This document shows positions 53,687 through 64,000 of a DNA stretch of 64,000 nt, piece by piece (the first letter of the stretch is position 1; each line of letters starts with the position of its first letter). The stretch is from Setoptus koraiensis (Eukaryota > Animalia > Arthropoda). Where the stretch lies: the NCBI GenBank assembly GCA_048013815.1, contig CM106586.1, positions 10,788,001-10,852,000 on the forward strand, read 5' to 3'. The position numbers and the translations under genes are program-made. The notes under the pieces were generated by a model that did not search any database, was not told the origin of the DNA, and saw only the letters and a list, made by a program, of their open reading frames with translations.

Positions 53687-55009
53687 TTAGGCATGAGGCC
53701 TAGCCCTCATGAGCACTATGTCTGCCTCAACCATCTCCTTGACGAGCTCATCGAACGTTGTATTTGGTTTCCAGCCGAGCTCTTTCTTGGCCTTGGTCGC
53801 ATCACCGAGTAGATAATCGACCTCAGATGGTCTAAAATAGTCAGATGAAACTTTCACCCTAACAATACAATTCTGGTCTTGTCCTACTTCATCTAGTCCG
53901 ACACCGCGCCAAACTATGTCAATATTAATATGTTTAAATGCAGCCTCGACAAACTCTCTAACGGAATGTGACTGTCCTGTTGCAATCACATAGTCCTCAG
54001 GAATATCCTTTTGCAGCATTAGCCACATGGCTTCAACGTAATCTCTGGCGTGGCCCCAATCGCGACGAGAATCTAAGTTACCTAACTCAAAGCATTCTAG
54101 CTGACCAAGAAAAATCTTTGCAATTGATCTCGTGATTTTCCTTGTCACGAATGTCTCACCTCGGCGAGGACTCTCATGGTTAAATAGAATACCATTGACC
54201 GCGAACATCCCATAAGCTTCCCTGTAGTTGATGACAATCCAATGAGCGTACAACTTTGCCACACCATAAGGCGATCTCGGATGGAATGGAGTAAGCTCAT
54301 TTTGGGGTGATTGTTTAACAAGTCCAAACAATTCACTGGTCGAGGCTTGGTAAAACTTGACTTCTTTTTCCATATTACATGTTCGGATAGCATCCAAGAT
54401 TCTTAATGTACCTAATCCCGTCGTGCTACCAGTATACTCACTCAAATCAAAGGACACTTTAACGTGACTTTGAGCAGCTAGGTTATAGATCTCATGGGGT
54501 CTGATTTCGTTTATTAGTTTTATAAGAGATGAACTATCAGTCATGTCACCATAGTGTAACTTCATTCTAGAAGATCGAAATCTTGCAGGGTCGTCATACA
54601 AAGAGCTTAGTCTACTTGTAGTGAATGTTGAAGTTTTGCGGATCATTCCATGAACATAGTATCCTTTGCTGATCAAGAACTCGGCTAGGTAGGATCCATC
54701 TCGTCCAGTGATACCTGTTATCAAAGCACGCTTGACTGGACAAGAGTTACTCGGCGTGAATAATTCCGTTGGAGTCTTGGGTGTTTCAACATTTCTATCA
54801 TTAGCAGTATCAGTGAGCATATTTTTGTCACTCAGAGAGATAACTGTTTCGCGAAATGGCAACGCGGGAGAGGACACATTCGAACTAATTTTGGCATATC
54901 TTTGTTCCAAATCTTCGACACATCTTTGCGAGTGCACTTCCTTAGTAGTTACAATCACTCGCTCTACCGTTTGCGGCAACCGAGGATCTGACTCAATATC
55001 CTTGCCCAT
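53687..55009 (-). CDS. GMDS: GDP-mannose 4,6-dehydratase with in-frame EFL1-like N-terminal extension (intronless)
   Basis: [51 protein letters not shown] (YxxxK), [33 protein letters not shown] and [12 protein letters not shown] are all present. Confidence 0.95.
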   Translation of the reverse strand: MGKDIESDPRLPQTVERVIVTTKEVHSQRCVEDLEQRYAKISSNVSSPALPFRETVISLSDKNMLTDTANDRNVETPKTPTELFTPSNSCPVKRALITGITGRDGSYLAEFLISKGYYVHGMIRKTSTFTTSRLSSLYDDPARFRSSRMKLHYGDMTDSSSLIKLINEIRPHEIYNLAAQSHVKVSFDLSEYTGSTTGLGTLRILDAIRTCNMEKEVKFYQASTSELFGLVKQSPQNELTPFHPRSPYGVAKLYAHWIVINYREAYGMFAVNGILFNHESPRRGETFVTRKITRSIAKIFLGQLECFELGNLDSRRDWGHARDYVEAMWLMLQKDIPEDYVIATGQSHSVREFVEAAFKHINIDIVWRGVGLDEVGQDQNCIVRVKVSSDYFRPSEVDYLLGDATKAKKELGWKPNTTFDELVKEMVEADIVLMRARPHA

Positions 55010-56649
55010 GTAAATTTTGATTTTGATATACTGATTTCATTCTGATGCGATTAAAGTTATCCAATGCATGATGTTCAGTAATTGTCATAACAGTGGAAGA
55101 ACTAGAGAGGATATAATAATCTCTGGTATAAATCGAACATATGTGTGGTCATGTAAACACATGTGGTTGTTCTAACAAGTGATTCGCTTTCTCAACAGGT
55201 GGTCGGACTAAATCATCAGGTGAGCGTAGGAAAGTTAAGGCTAACATGTTCTCCAAAAGCATTGTTAAAATATTGAATCTGATAATTTTACTCTCTGGTT
55301 GTATCTACTGCTGAGACACAACTGAGATTCATATTGATATATTGGTTGAACAAATATCGACAGCAAATGGGTACATATCGAGGGGGTGTTGCGAATTGGG
55401 CTACCTCAGTTTATACGTAAAAGTGTCTGCATACATCAGGAATATAATCGGTAGCGACAATCAACCAATGAATAGTCTCACTGAGTTTCGCTGACATCGG
55501 ATCGCAAATCATCTTGGAATTTAACCAGTGAGTCAGTCCATCAAGGCAACGACTAGAATTTTTTTGTAGATGCAAATGGTTTGAACTAATTGCCCGGCTG
55601 TCAAAATCATTAAGATATGTGGGCAACAATTGAAGATAAAGAGTGCACGTGCATCGAGCAAAAGGGTTGGTATTGATAAGTCGAACATTGAAACGTCGAT
55701 TATTAGGGTGTCGCATGGAAGCACTTCAAGTGTCGGACATCAAATAGTCGGATTTTTGTATTTTTGTTTTCTCCTTCGACCCTTCAGGAGCCCAACATCA
55801 ATAGATTTGTTGTTCACGTCTAAATCAAGTATGAAAACTAACACAAGACTTTCTGTGTAATCCAAATTGGTCGCGGGAAATGAGAACTTTGGCGATATTG
55901 AAATGATGTACATGTAGATGCGACCATTCGACATTCGACTTCTTGTGTTCGATAAAATTATTTTCGAGATTTGGGTTACATCCCGACAAAACTGCTACTA
56001 GAACAGAGAAAATGCGTTTGTCAAACCGGAAGCAGTCCTTCAATAAAGCTGCTCGTGACAGCATGGAAAGATATCTCATTGCCATAGACATAAAGATAAT
56101 TCCATTTCGGTGCTATATTGAAATCTCATTATATACTTGTAAGTGACAAACACATGAATGCTTGCGAAGATAGTTATGACGGTGCTCATCGAATATTGCA
56201 GCCGCAGAAAAGGCCAAATGAGGGATAGGTTTTTTGTGGCACTGTCTGAGACTGCATTATTATTAGCACTAACGACGGGAAACTGATTGGTGGTAACGAA
56301 TAAGCAAAGCAAAGTCACTTTTTCGGAAACAGTTTTGTTCTATTTTATATTCCGAAATGATTTGTTTTGCGCTATGTTTATACTGCGATTTACTTATTGA
56401 TTGCTCGGACGATTGGCTCATTTGATATCGAGCTCGATATACAAGGAGAGGCAAGAAATTGTATGAGGTACCATGATTTGAATGAACCGAATGCTTAAAA
56501 GGATTCATCGGAGATAAAGAGAGGTGGTCAAAATGTTGGGAGTGCGAAAATCGTGTATCGTGTGGAAATCTGCTGATACCTCCAGCCGCAGTTCAGGGAA
56601 AAACCGCTCGAGGTCACTTTTTGTACACGCATTTTTCGTGCGTGAGATC

Positions 56650-58050
56650 GAATTAGTTGATGATGAAAAAAATAAAGCAAAGATAACTCTCGATGTCCTA
56701 TTGTCTAGTATGCGGACTGGCAATTTTCGTACAATGTATGGTATTTGCTCGATTATGCGACTCTGGCTCTGTGAAAAACGGCATAATATTGCCAGTATTT
56801 ACACTGGCCGATTCATACGATCGCGATTCGCAAACATGTTTCAAGGTACAGGGGTACGCGTATCGCACTTTAGCCTGGGCACAACAGAGCATAAGTTTGA
56901 AACCAGTAACTGGTAGAACATCTACTTCTAGGTCTTCTGTGACATGTCAGCGAGATTACTGCAATGTTGTTATCTTGTCTAGGCACATCATCGCATCGGC
57001 CAAGATAGATATCTCAGAGCTGTCTTTAATTAGCACTGCCGTGTTCTCTCTTTGCTATAAGTAAACAAACGAATTATGGCATAGGAAGAATCCCTAATTG
57101 ATTGCCATAGCTGACGTGATGAGCGCTGCATCAAGAATAGAAGCACCACCAGAAAAGACAGATATGAACACAAACAAGCTGGCGCAAGCACAACAAATTC
57201 TGGCCCATTATAGTTGACATTTTTTTTAATTCTCATTCTGATGACAACTGATTTCGAAAGCGACTTGTCGAGTCGCAGCATCAAACTCAACTTGTCAAAG
57301 CTTACCTGGCGTCAAGGCTGCTATACGTTCCCTCTTTCGATTGCACCTAATCCATGATGAATTAATACGCAGAATATCAAAGCAACACCAATCAAGTGAA
57401 CACAGCTAACAAGATGCAGCCCAAGTGCAAGTGCGAGATGGTGCTTCTTGCCTATTCCTTCTTGCGCTCATCACTTGAACTATGGCGATCAATTAGGTAT
57501 TTTTCCTAGGCCACAACTTATTTGTTTACATCTCTCGTACGCGTCGAAGAGAGAATACGGCAGTGCGGATTGAAGACAGGTCGCTCTGAGATATTCTGGC
57601 CGATACAAGATAAGATTGAAGTGCCTCGATAAGATAACAACACAGTAATGCTGCCGACTCACAGAATGGCAAGACTGTTGCGGCAAGAGTCAACAGGTAC
57701 GACATCGCAAACATGTTTCATGGTGCAGGGGTGGCTGTGTAGAGCGTTTTCCCTCGTCTTTGCGCAAGATCGTTATTCCTGAGAACGAGCAGTAGATTAC
57801 CACTGGTTACTAGTTTCAAACTTACGCCCTGTTGTGCGCCAGGGAAAGTGCGATACTCGTAGCCCTGCACCATGAAACATGTTTGCGAATCGCGATCGTA
57901 TAAATCGGCCCATATAAATACCGGCAATATTATGTCGTTTTTCACAGAGCTATAGTCGCATAATCGAGTAACTATCATAGATTGTATGAATACTGTCAGT
58001 CCCAACACTAGACAATAAGACATCAAGTATTATCCCTGCTTTTATTCTCA
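56650..58050. pseudogene. Diverged inverted duplication of a decayed coding sequence of unknown family
   Basis: Arm A ~56650-57200 (+) aligns by eye with arm B ~58050-57400 (-). Differences in the frame LDVLLSS...IYxGRFIRSRFANMFxGxGxRVSHF are often synonymous, but both copies contain stops or frameshifts. Confidence 0.6.
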
Positions 58051-58067
58051 TCATCAACTAAATAACC

Positions 58068-58671
58068 ATGCTCACATCAAAAATTGTCTCGATAATCCTA
58101 ATCCAGGCCATGTTCCTGTATAGCGCGACACTCTCAAAAGAATGGAAAAGCTACAAAACACTTCCCCAAATAAAAACGCCTGTAAGTATAGGCTCGAAAT
58201 ACGCCTCGTTGCTGATCATTGAATCCAATAATTAACTAGAAGCCAATTGTTCATCTTATGACCACACCGTTTTTCACCTAAACAGAAACAACTCTCCGAG
58301 CAATTCACTAAAGCCGGAGACACACCGGTCCTTGTGTACTCCTACAACGGACGTCCTAACGATGTCATTGATGATGTAGAGGAACTCCTGAACCAGGAGA
58401 AGCCTCCTAAGTTAGTCATACTTAGAGTTGACCTCTCTGAAACCGATGTATGTTAATCTCGATATTCCCACTCACGATTGAATAACCACTATTGATCCAC
58501 CACAATTGATTCATCAATTAAAATGTCTTTGTTTTTCTCCTACCACAGGGGTCTTTGAAAGTGGCTGCGCCAGTGGTTCTATTCAGTAAAGGCAAGGACA
58601 TCGACCGGGCGGAAGACAAAAACAGTATGTCAGAGATGCTCGGCAGGCATCATTCTAGCATCTTTGGATGA
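58068..58671 (+). CDS. Secreted, cysteine-free thioredoxin-fold protein (132 aa, 3 exons)
   Basis: Exons 58068-58181, 58286-58447 and 58549-58671; both introns are GT-AG in phase 0. Signal peptide MLTSKIVSIILIQAMFLYSATLS; QIKTPKQLSEQFTKAGDTPVLV, LVILRVDLSE and APVVLFSKGKDIDR follow the thioredoxin pattern, with no WCGPC. AATAAA downstream. Confidence 0.75.
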
Positions 58672-59529
58672 GGTCAGCAAATTCTATTCTAACAGCGAGA
58701 AGGATTTGAAGCGTAAACTTGAGCAATATGTCCACTAGCGCAATGATATCTGACTCATTTCTCCTGAAGTCAATTCAAAACACACTCACAAGCTAGAGAA
58801 ACAAATGTATGAAACATTATTCTAACAGAAATAAATTCCATCAATTGGGATGGAGTAATTCACTCAATATGATAAGAATCAATACAATAGTCTACCATTA
58901 TCCGCTCACTATCGCTATCCATCTCACAGCCACTCATATGCCGATGCAGATTTGTCCAAGACTTGCTTCTTCGTCGTTCTGCATTGTGCGCGACGGAAGC
59001 TCGACAAATAAATCTCTGCGCGAGCTTAGAAGCTTGTATTCACCTGGAAACTTAAATCTTGCAACTTCTTTACTGATCTTTGGCGCTCGACATGCTCAGA
59101 ATCTCGCTTACGCAAAATCCAAACAAGCGCAGTGTAGGCAAGGTTTTTCTGTCTGTCTTTACATTGGCTTGCAAAGAGCACCGAATTCTCTGTTGAAACC
59201 AAATTGTGAGCAGGGCCTCTGGTGCGTCTTTTCTAAAACATCGGTGCACATTGGGAAAATCCCAAGCAGCTAGCTGTGATGTAATCAATTTAACGAACCA
59301 AATAGTGAGTGATTTTGATCGTACGCGAACATCCTGCGAGAACCACATGTGCTTTACACAGATGTTTGCAATTTGTTTTCCGCATTCGCGCAAGAAGCGC
59401 ATTATTTTTTCATTCAATGTGTCTCCGATGTTGACTTGGCATACTAGTCAACGCACTACCTGATATATTTGACTATGGAACAAATGCAATCGATTTTCAT
59501 CATTCTTCAAGAAATATTTTCAATTAAAA

Positions 59530-59979
59530 ATGGCTACAGCTCGACCGCAGATGAGCCCTCAAGGCGCCGCAGCTTTTAAAGAGGCTGTCAAATCAGTGCT
59601 AACAGATTGGCCCGCATTAACTTTAGCGATCGAAAATGGAATGGGTGGCAACGAGGCCCTGACAAAAAGAGACTGGATGTGTAAAGTTGTAGCAGAATCA
59701 ATGCTCAAGGACCGACACATGGACCTTCTGGATTTCATACATCAGATAGTCGACACAGAATTTGATACTGTTGTAGAGGACGGAAGCTTGGAGTATAACG
59801 TTAGGTGGATTACAAAATTTTACAGAGATTGTTTGGAAGGCAGGGATCAGGAAGTGTTGGATTCCATCACTCAAGCGGCGTTCAAGAAGATGTCTGTGTC
59901 TAACACAAGGCCTCAGGCGGCTCCTCTCAATATGAGTGAAGATAAAGATTCGGATAGTGACGAAACCGAGGGAGAGTGA
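59530..59979 (+). CDS. TSR2: Pre-rRNA-processing protein TSR2
   Basis: FKEAVKSVLTDWPALTLAIENGMGG...FDTVVEDGS (WGG domain) with an acidic tail. Confidence 0.92.
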   Translation: MATARPQMSPQGAAAFKEAVKSVLTDWPALTLAIENGMGGNEALTKRDWMCKVVAESMLKDRHMDLLDFIHQIVDTEFDTVVEDGSLEYNVRWITKFYRDCLEGRDQEVLDSITQAAFKKMSVSNTRPQAAPLNMSEDKDSDSDETEGE

Positions 59980-60156
59980 CAAGTTTTCATTCATACTGTT
60001 TTCAAACGAGGATCTCAATAAAAATCATTCATAAAACAAAATACACTGTCGCGATGTTAATTTAGTACTAAGTGATATCAAACTTTTATTAATGTCCGAC
60101 ACTGAGAACGGTTTAATAGCCTTATTTTCATCGCATCTATGGGCTTTGATTTTGGC

Positions 60157-60837
60157 TTATATAATACCAATCTTGTTGGCGACATCAAGAGCGTCGTAAT
60201 CAGGTGCAAGCCTGACATAGGCCTTCTTCTGACCATCTGGCCTAATCAATGTGTTCACAGATTGGACTCCAATTTGATATAATTTCTTAACCGCCATCTC
60301 TATCTGAGGTTTGTTAGCTTTGATATGGACAATAAACACTAATGTGTTGTTGTCTTCGATTTTCTTCATTGCAGACTCAGTTGTTAATGGATGCTTGATG
60401 ATGGAGAATTTGTCCAATCTCGGACGATCAGGCACAGATTTTCTTGGGTATTTAGGAGCCCTAGGTAGGATCTTGGTGTGTGGGCGACGGAAAGAAGCCG
60501 ACGTTCTGACCTTACGTGTTCTCTTTTGCCATGCGCCTTTTTCCACTTTCTTCTTAGCGGCCAATGCTTTGGCTTTAGCTGCCTGCGATGCTTGAGTAGA
60601 GGACAGTTTGGTGACAACATTTTTCGTTGGTGCCTTTTTGCCTGTTACAGACTTCACGGGTGCCTTGGTCTTGATGATCTTCTTTGACAATTCCTTGGCA
60701 TCCTGCTTCTTTGAGGCCACAGACTTGGGCTTGTCCACTTTGGGGGCAGGCTTTGAGGCTGCTGATTTGTCACCAGAAGAGGCAGGCTTGTCTTTTTTAG
60801 TTGTCTTGGCTGTCTTTTTTTGTTCCTTTGCTGGCAT
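60157..60837 (-). CDS. RPL23A: 60S ribosomal protein L23a with Lys/Ala-rich N-terminal extension
   Basis: [14 protein letters not shown]...[25 protein letters not shown]...[23 protein letters not shown]. Confidence 0.98.
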   Translation of the reverse strand: MPAKEQKKTAKTTKKDKPASSGDKSAASKPAPKVDKPKSVASKKQDAKELSKKIIKTKAPVKSVTGKKAPTKNVVTKLSSTQASQAAKAKALAAKKKVEKGAWQKRTRKVRTSASFRRPHTKILPRAPKYPRKSVPDRPRLDKFSIIKHPLTTESAMKKIEDNNTLVFIVHIKANKPQIEMAVKKLYQIGVQSVNTLIRPDGQKKAYVRLAPDYDALDVANKIGII

Positions 60838-61575
60838 CTTGATACCTCAGTGGAATTTTTTTATTATATAAAAAGAAACAAAAGTAGCTAATCAATTGGC
60901 TAGGGTGAGTTCTTAATTTAATTGGGTTCTCAAACCAGGTAGTAACTGATGTGATGGTAATAGATATTCCAGAACACAAATTTATCAATAATTTTGTTTG
61001 ATAGAAAACGCGACCGAAGGTTCATCCATTCAAATGGATACAGTGAAGAAAACGTGTGCTTCGATTATTTGTAAGGTACACCGGAACATAGCGGCCGCCC
61101 TGGTGGAGAACACGCATACCGATTTGTTATGGCGCTGAATTCAAATTCGATTTTGATGGGGGGAGATCTATCTCCCACCGCAGGAGACGGGAGAATTCTC
61201 CCCGGGAGATTTGGGAGAAGCGGTGCATCTTATAAATAATCGACGCACACGTTTTCTCCGATGCATCCACATGGGTGATCCTTTAGTCGCGTTTTCCAAT
61301 AAACAAAATTTTCGACTCGGATGTTCTCGGTTACTTATATTATCATCACATCAGCTCCTACCTGGTTTGTGAACCCAAATAATTTAAAAACTCATCCTAG
61401 CCAGTTTATAAGCTATTTTTGTTTCTTATTATATAATAAGACAATTCCACTGAACCATGAAGATGCCAGCAAAGAAACAGAAAAAGATGGCCAAGACAAC
61501 CAAAAAAGGCAAGACGGCCAAGATAACTAAAAAAGACAAGACGGCCACGACAACCAAAAAAGACAAGCCTGCCTC
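60779..61575. repeat. Inverted duplication of the RPL23A upstream region and first ~20 codons
   Basis: Arm 1 60779-61084 reverse-complements to arm 2 61221-61575 with scattered substitutions and a triplicated 27-bp unit. The spacer of ~136 bp contains the palindrome GGGAGAATTCTCCC. Confidence 0.93.
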
Positions 61576-62755
61576 CAAACATGAATTGAAAGAACTCATC
61601 GAGACCTTAAAGAAGGAACCCACTTTAATTCAAGTGAGAACGGCGCTCAAGTATATCAGATATTATCTTAAATCAACAGGCTTAACCAAGAAGCTATTGA
61701 AACAAGTTATAAGACTTTGGGCGGACTCGCATGAAAAAATTCGCATCATTTGTCTTCTTTGTATCATACGAATTTTCAGAAGGAAGGCCGACCTTAAAGA
61801 GATCATCACTAAAAATATGTATTCCAGCTATATTAAAAACAACGCATCTCAAGTTTTCATGCGTCAATCATTGATCGAAGTCTTTATGTTGGATCATGCT
61901 CTAGCCTACAAGCAAGGTTTCGTATACTGCAAACAATTGGCCTCGACATTGCGAAATGCTTATGAGAGCAAGGCAGAAACTGTCTGCAATTGGACTTACA
62001 TCAACTGTTTAACGCTGTGGTCAAATTTGATTTCAAGCGCATCGAACAAGCACGTTCGACAATTATTGAATCCAGTCGTTGAGCTTCACATCGGAACTAT
62101 AAATTTGGTGTCATCTCCTAGATACTATCCGCTGCAACTGCATCTCATAGCCAATCTCGTCGATATTAGTGCTAAGTTAGACGTCTTCATACCAGTTCTA
62201 CCACTACTGACTTCTATACTGGCTAGGTTAAAATTAGGAAGCAAAACTAGTAAGGAATCTTTCGATTTCGATTCCTTGTTGCACGTTTCTGAATCGGACG
62301 TTCAATCTGGCCTCTATTTTGACACGACTGTCGATCGCATCTATCATCATATGGTCAAGTTTCTCGCAAGTCAGTGCCACAGAATATCGTTTCCCGAACT
62401 GTGCCTAATCGCCAAAATTCAGATAAAAAAATTTATCAAAAATTATAAAAAAGAAAGCGAAAAGTTCAGAAATCTTCTCGTGAAATTGGAGGAAAATATA
62501 AAATTTATTGAAGTCAGGAGGCAGACGGTAGATTTTGCATTCACAAACTTTTCAGCCATAGTAAGTAAATATGTTCATGATTCCCTATATATATATAGTT
62601 ATATATAAAGATATATCATACTAGCTAACTGTTTATTTTCGCAGGATGCCTGGGAAAAGGAGACCAAGGATACTGGCAAATTAGCCCTTGTCAAGCTGGC
62701 TCATGAATTGGAGGATAAGCTTTCATCCACTGAGGCAATAAGCTGTGGCCAATAA
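61457..62755 (+). CDS. NOC2L: NOC2L (nucleolar complex protein 2)-like, N-terminally replaced by an RPL23A-derived peptide (~404 aa, 2 exons)
   Basis: Exons 61457-62560 and 62645-62755 (phase 0). LLKQVIRLWADSHEKIR, AYKQGFVYCKQLASTLRNA, VCNWTYINCLTLW, PRYYPLQLH, ISFPEL and DAWEK match the Noc2 domain. Confidence 0.85.
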
Positions 62756-62817
62756 AAGTGAAAATGATGTATTTTGGTGTCTGCAATATTATATTACCTC
62801 ATTTCCTGAATCACCAC

Positions 62818-63838
62818 TCAGTTGTGGTGTTGTTGTTGTCGGATTATGTTGAACTGTGGTCTTCTTTGCATCAGATATCCAAAAGGTCTGACCTGGTTTT
62901 GAACTAGAGGTACAGCTGTGGATTGTGTTTGTTGTGGACCAAGAGAGTGCAAATTATTGTTTGCGCTGGATACATTAATAGCGCCTTGGTGCTGTTGTGC
63001 TTGTCCCTGATTGACCAGGTACACTTGATCGTTGCTAGATACTAACTGTCCATTTGACATCGCATTGACATTTATGTCCTCAGAGTCGTCTTCCACTAAA
63101 GCTGCTGGTCTGGGGGCAAAATTATTAACAAGATTTTGGTTGGGGTTCATATTCATATTGTTGGGATTCATATTCATGTTGTTGGGATTCATATTGGTGG
63201 ATGGTGTAGTGAATTGCCCATTGAATGATATGTTCTGACCCATTGGGTTGTTCCCTGAGGTTGCCGGAGACGAGGCCGGTCTAGGTGCGTTCCCGCCTGA
63301 GGGAGCTAAGCAACGGTATCGCGAAGTAAAAAAAAATCAACATGAAATATTAATTTGGTAGCAAATGATTTCGCATCGATAAGGGAATCACTTCTAGGGG
63401 TCGAATTGAAAAGATTTTCCACTTAACAGCAAGCTAGACTTAAAACAAGTTGTCTGGATGCGGTAACTTACGCAATACACCCGAAGTTGACAAAGTGGTG
63501 CATATCGGGATGGCATTGACGAAACGACAAACTGTTCCATTCACGAGATATAATGGTTGACGTTTTTGAAATAGATTGCCCAATAAATTGATCTTCCTCG
63601 CCGCTCTTCCGGTGTCTTCATTGACCGAACCAAGATCATTTATGTGGTGTATTTTGTGACCATCACCAGTGTTGTAGCTGTGGTATTTGTTTCGCGCGAG
63701 AAATTTTGTGACATTTTGTGAGGACACAGGCTGCAGGGATTTTCTCAAGCGATTCGGTTGATCCATTGTGATATCAGAGCATCGTAATGAATCGAACCAA
63801 GCAAGAAGAATTATAAATATTATGAATTGATTCGGCAT
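62818..63838 (-). CDS. Uncharacterised secreted protein with Asn/Gln-rich C-terminus (~284 aa, 2 exons predicted)
   Basis: Exon 63838-63472 has a signal peptide (MPNQFIIFIILLAWFDSLRCS) and the motif LYLVNGTVCRFVNAIPICTTLSTSG, with a GTAAGT donor in phase 1. The acceptor at 63305 restores the frame of ORF 63243-62818. Confidence 0.65.
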
Positions 63839-64000
63839 GGTTTCTTGATATGGGAAAACTACCAGGATAATCGATTTTCTGACCCTTTACTTCGGAATTA
63901 TTTAGTTGGTGAAAATTTTTATTTATCTTTTGAGAAGTGTTGACAAAAGTTGACGATGTATTCAAGTGAGAGCTTCTGACCGACTACGATAAGCATTTAA

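Noticed and set aside
57298-57350. U1 snRNA-like CTTACCTGGCGT followed by ATTGCACCT
   Set aside because: The spacing is ~25 nt too short, and there is no stem-loop I GATCACGAAG loop or Sm site. CTTACCTG is simply a minus-strand CAG|GTAAG donor.
55400-59460. Transposon as source of the inverted repeats
   Set aside because: No transposase, RT or integrase motifs, terminal repeats or target-site duplication could be identified. ORF 59070-59417 looks like a decayed coding fragment but could not be assigned.

Overview
Eukaryotic genomic DNA with short GT-AG introns and intron-poor genes. The gene set and compactness suggest an arthropod, probably a small-genome acariform mite (inference). About 16 protein-coding genes are supportable: DPP6/10-like (5' part), ArfGAP1, a kanadaptin-like fragment, a class-2 DYRK kinase, an intronless MFSD6-like transporter, GOLPH3, a DZF-less ZFR-like zinc-finger protein, an EVI5-like RabGAP, reticulon, GMDS, TSR2, RPL23A, a NOC2L-like gene, a secreted orphan, and two small spliced genes whose true products the ORF track does not show. 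These two are a 29-aa sarcolipin/sarcolamban-type micropeptide and a secreted cysteine-free thioredoxin-fold protein. A ~24-kb GC-rich, microsatellite-laden domain (~9.5-33.3 kb) holds ~16 kb without a recognisable gene, and contains a dense homotypic cluster of TTACGTAA (PAR-bZIP/Vrille-type) palindromes. The right end shows recent gene-fragment shuffling: an inverted duplication of the RPL23A promoter and first codons now heads NOC2L, an EFL1-like fragment is in frame with GMDS, and there is a ~0.6-kb diverged fold-back repeat. One 500-N assembly gap is present. No rRNA, tRNA, CRISPR or intact transposon was recognised. All homology calls come from motif recognition by eye, not database searches.
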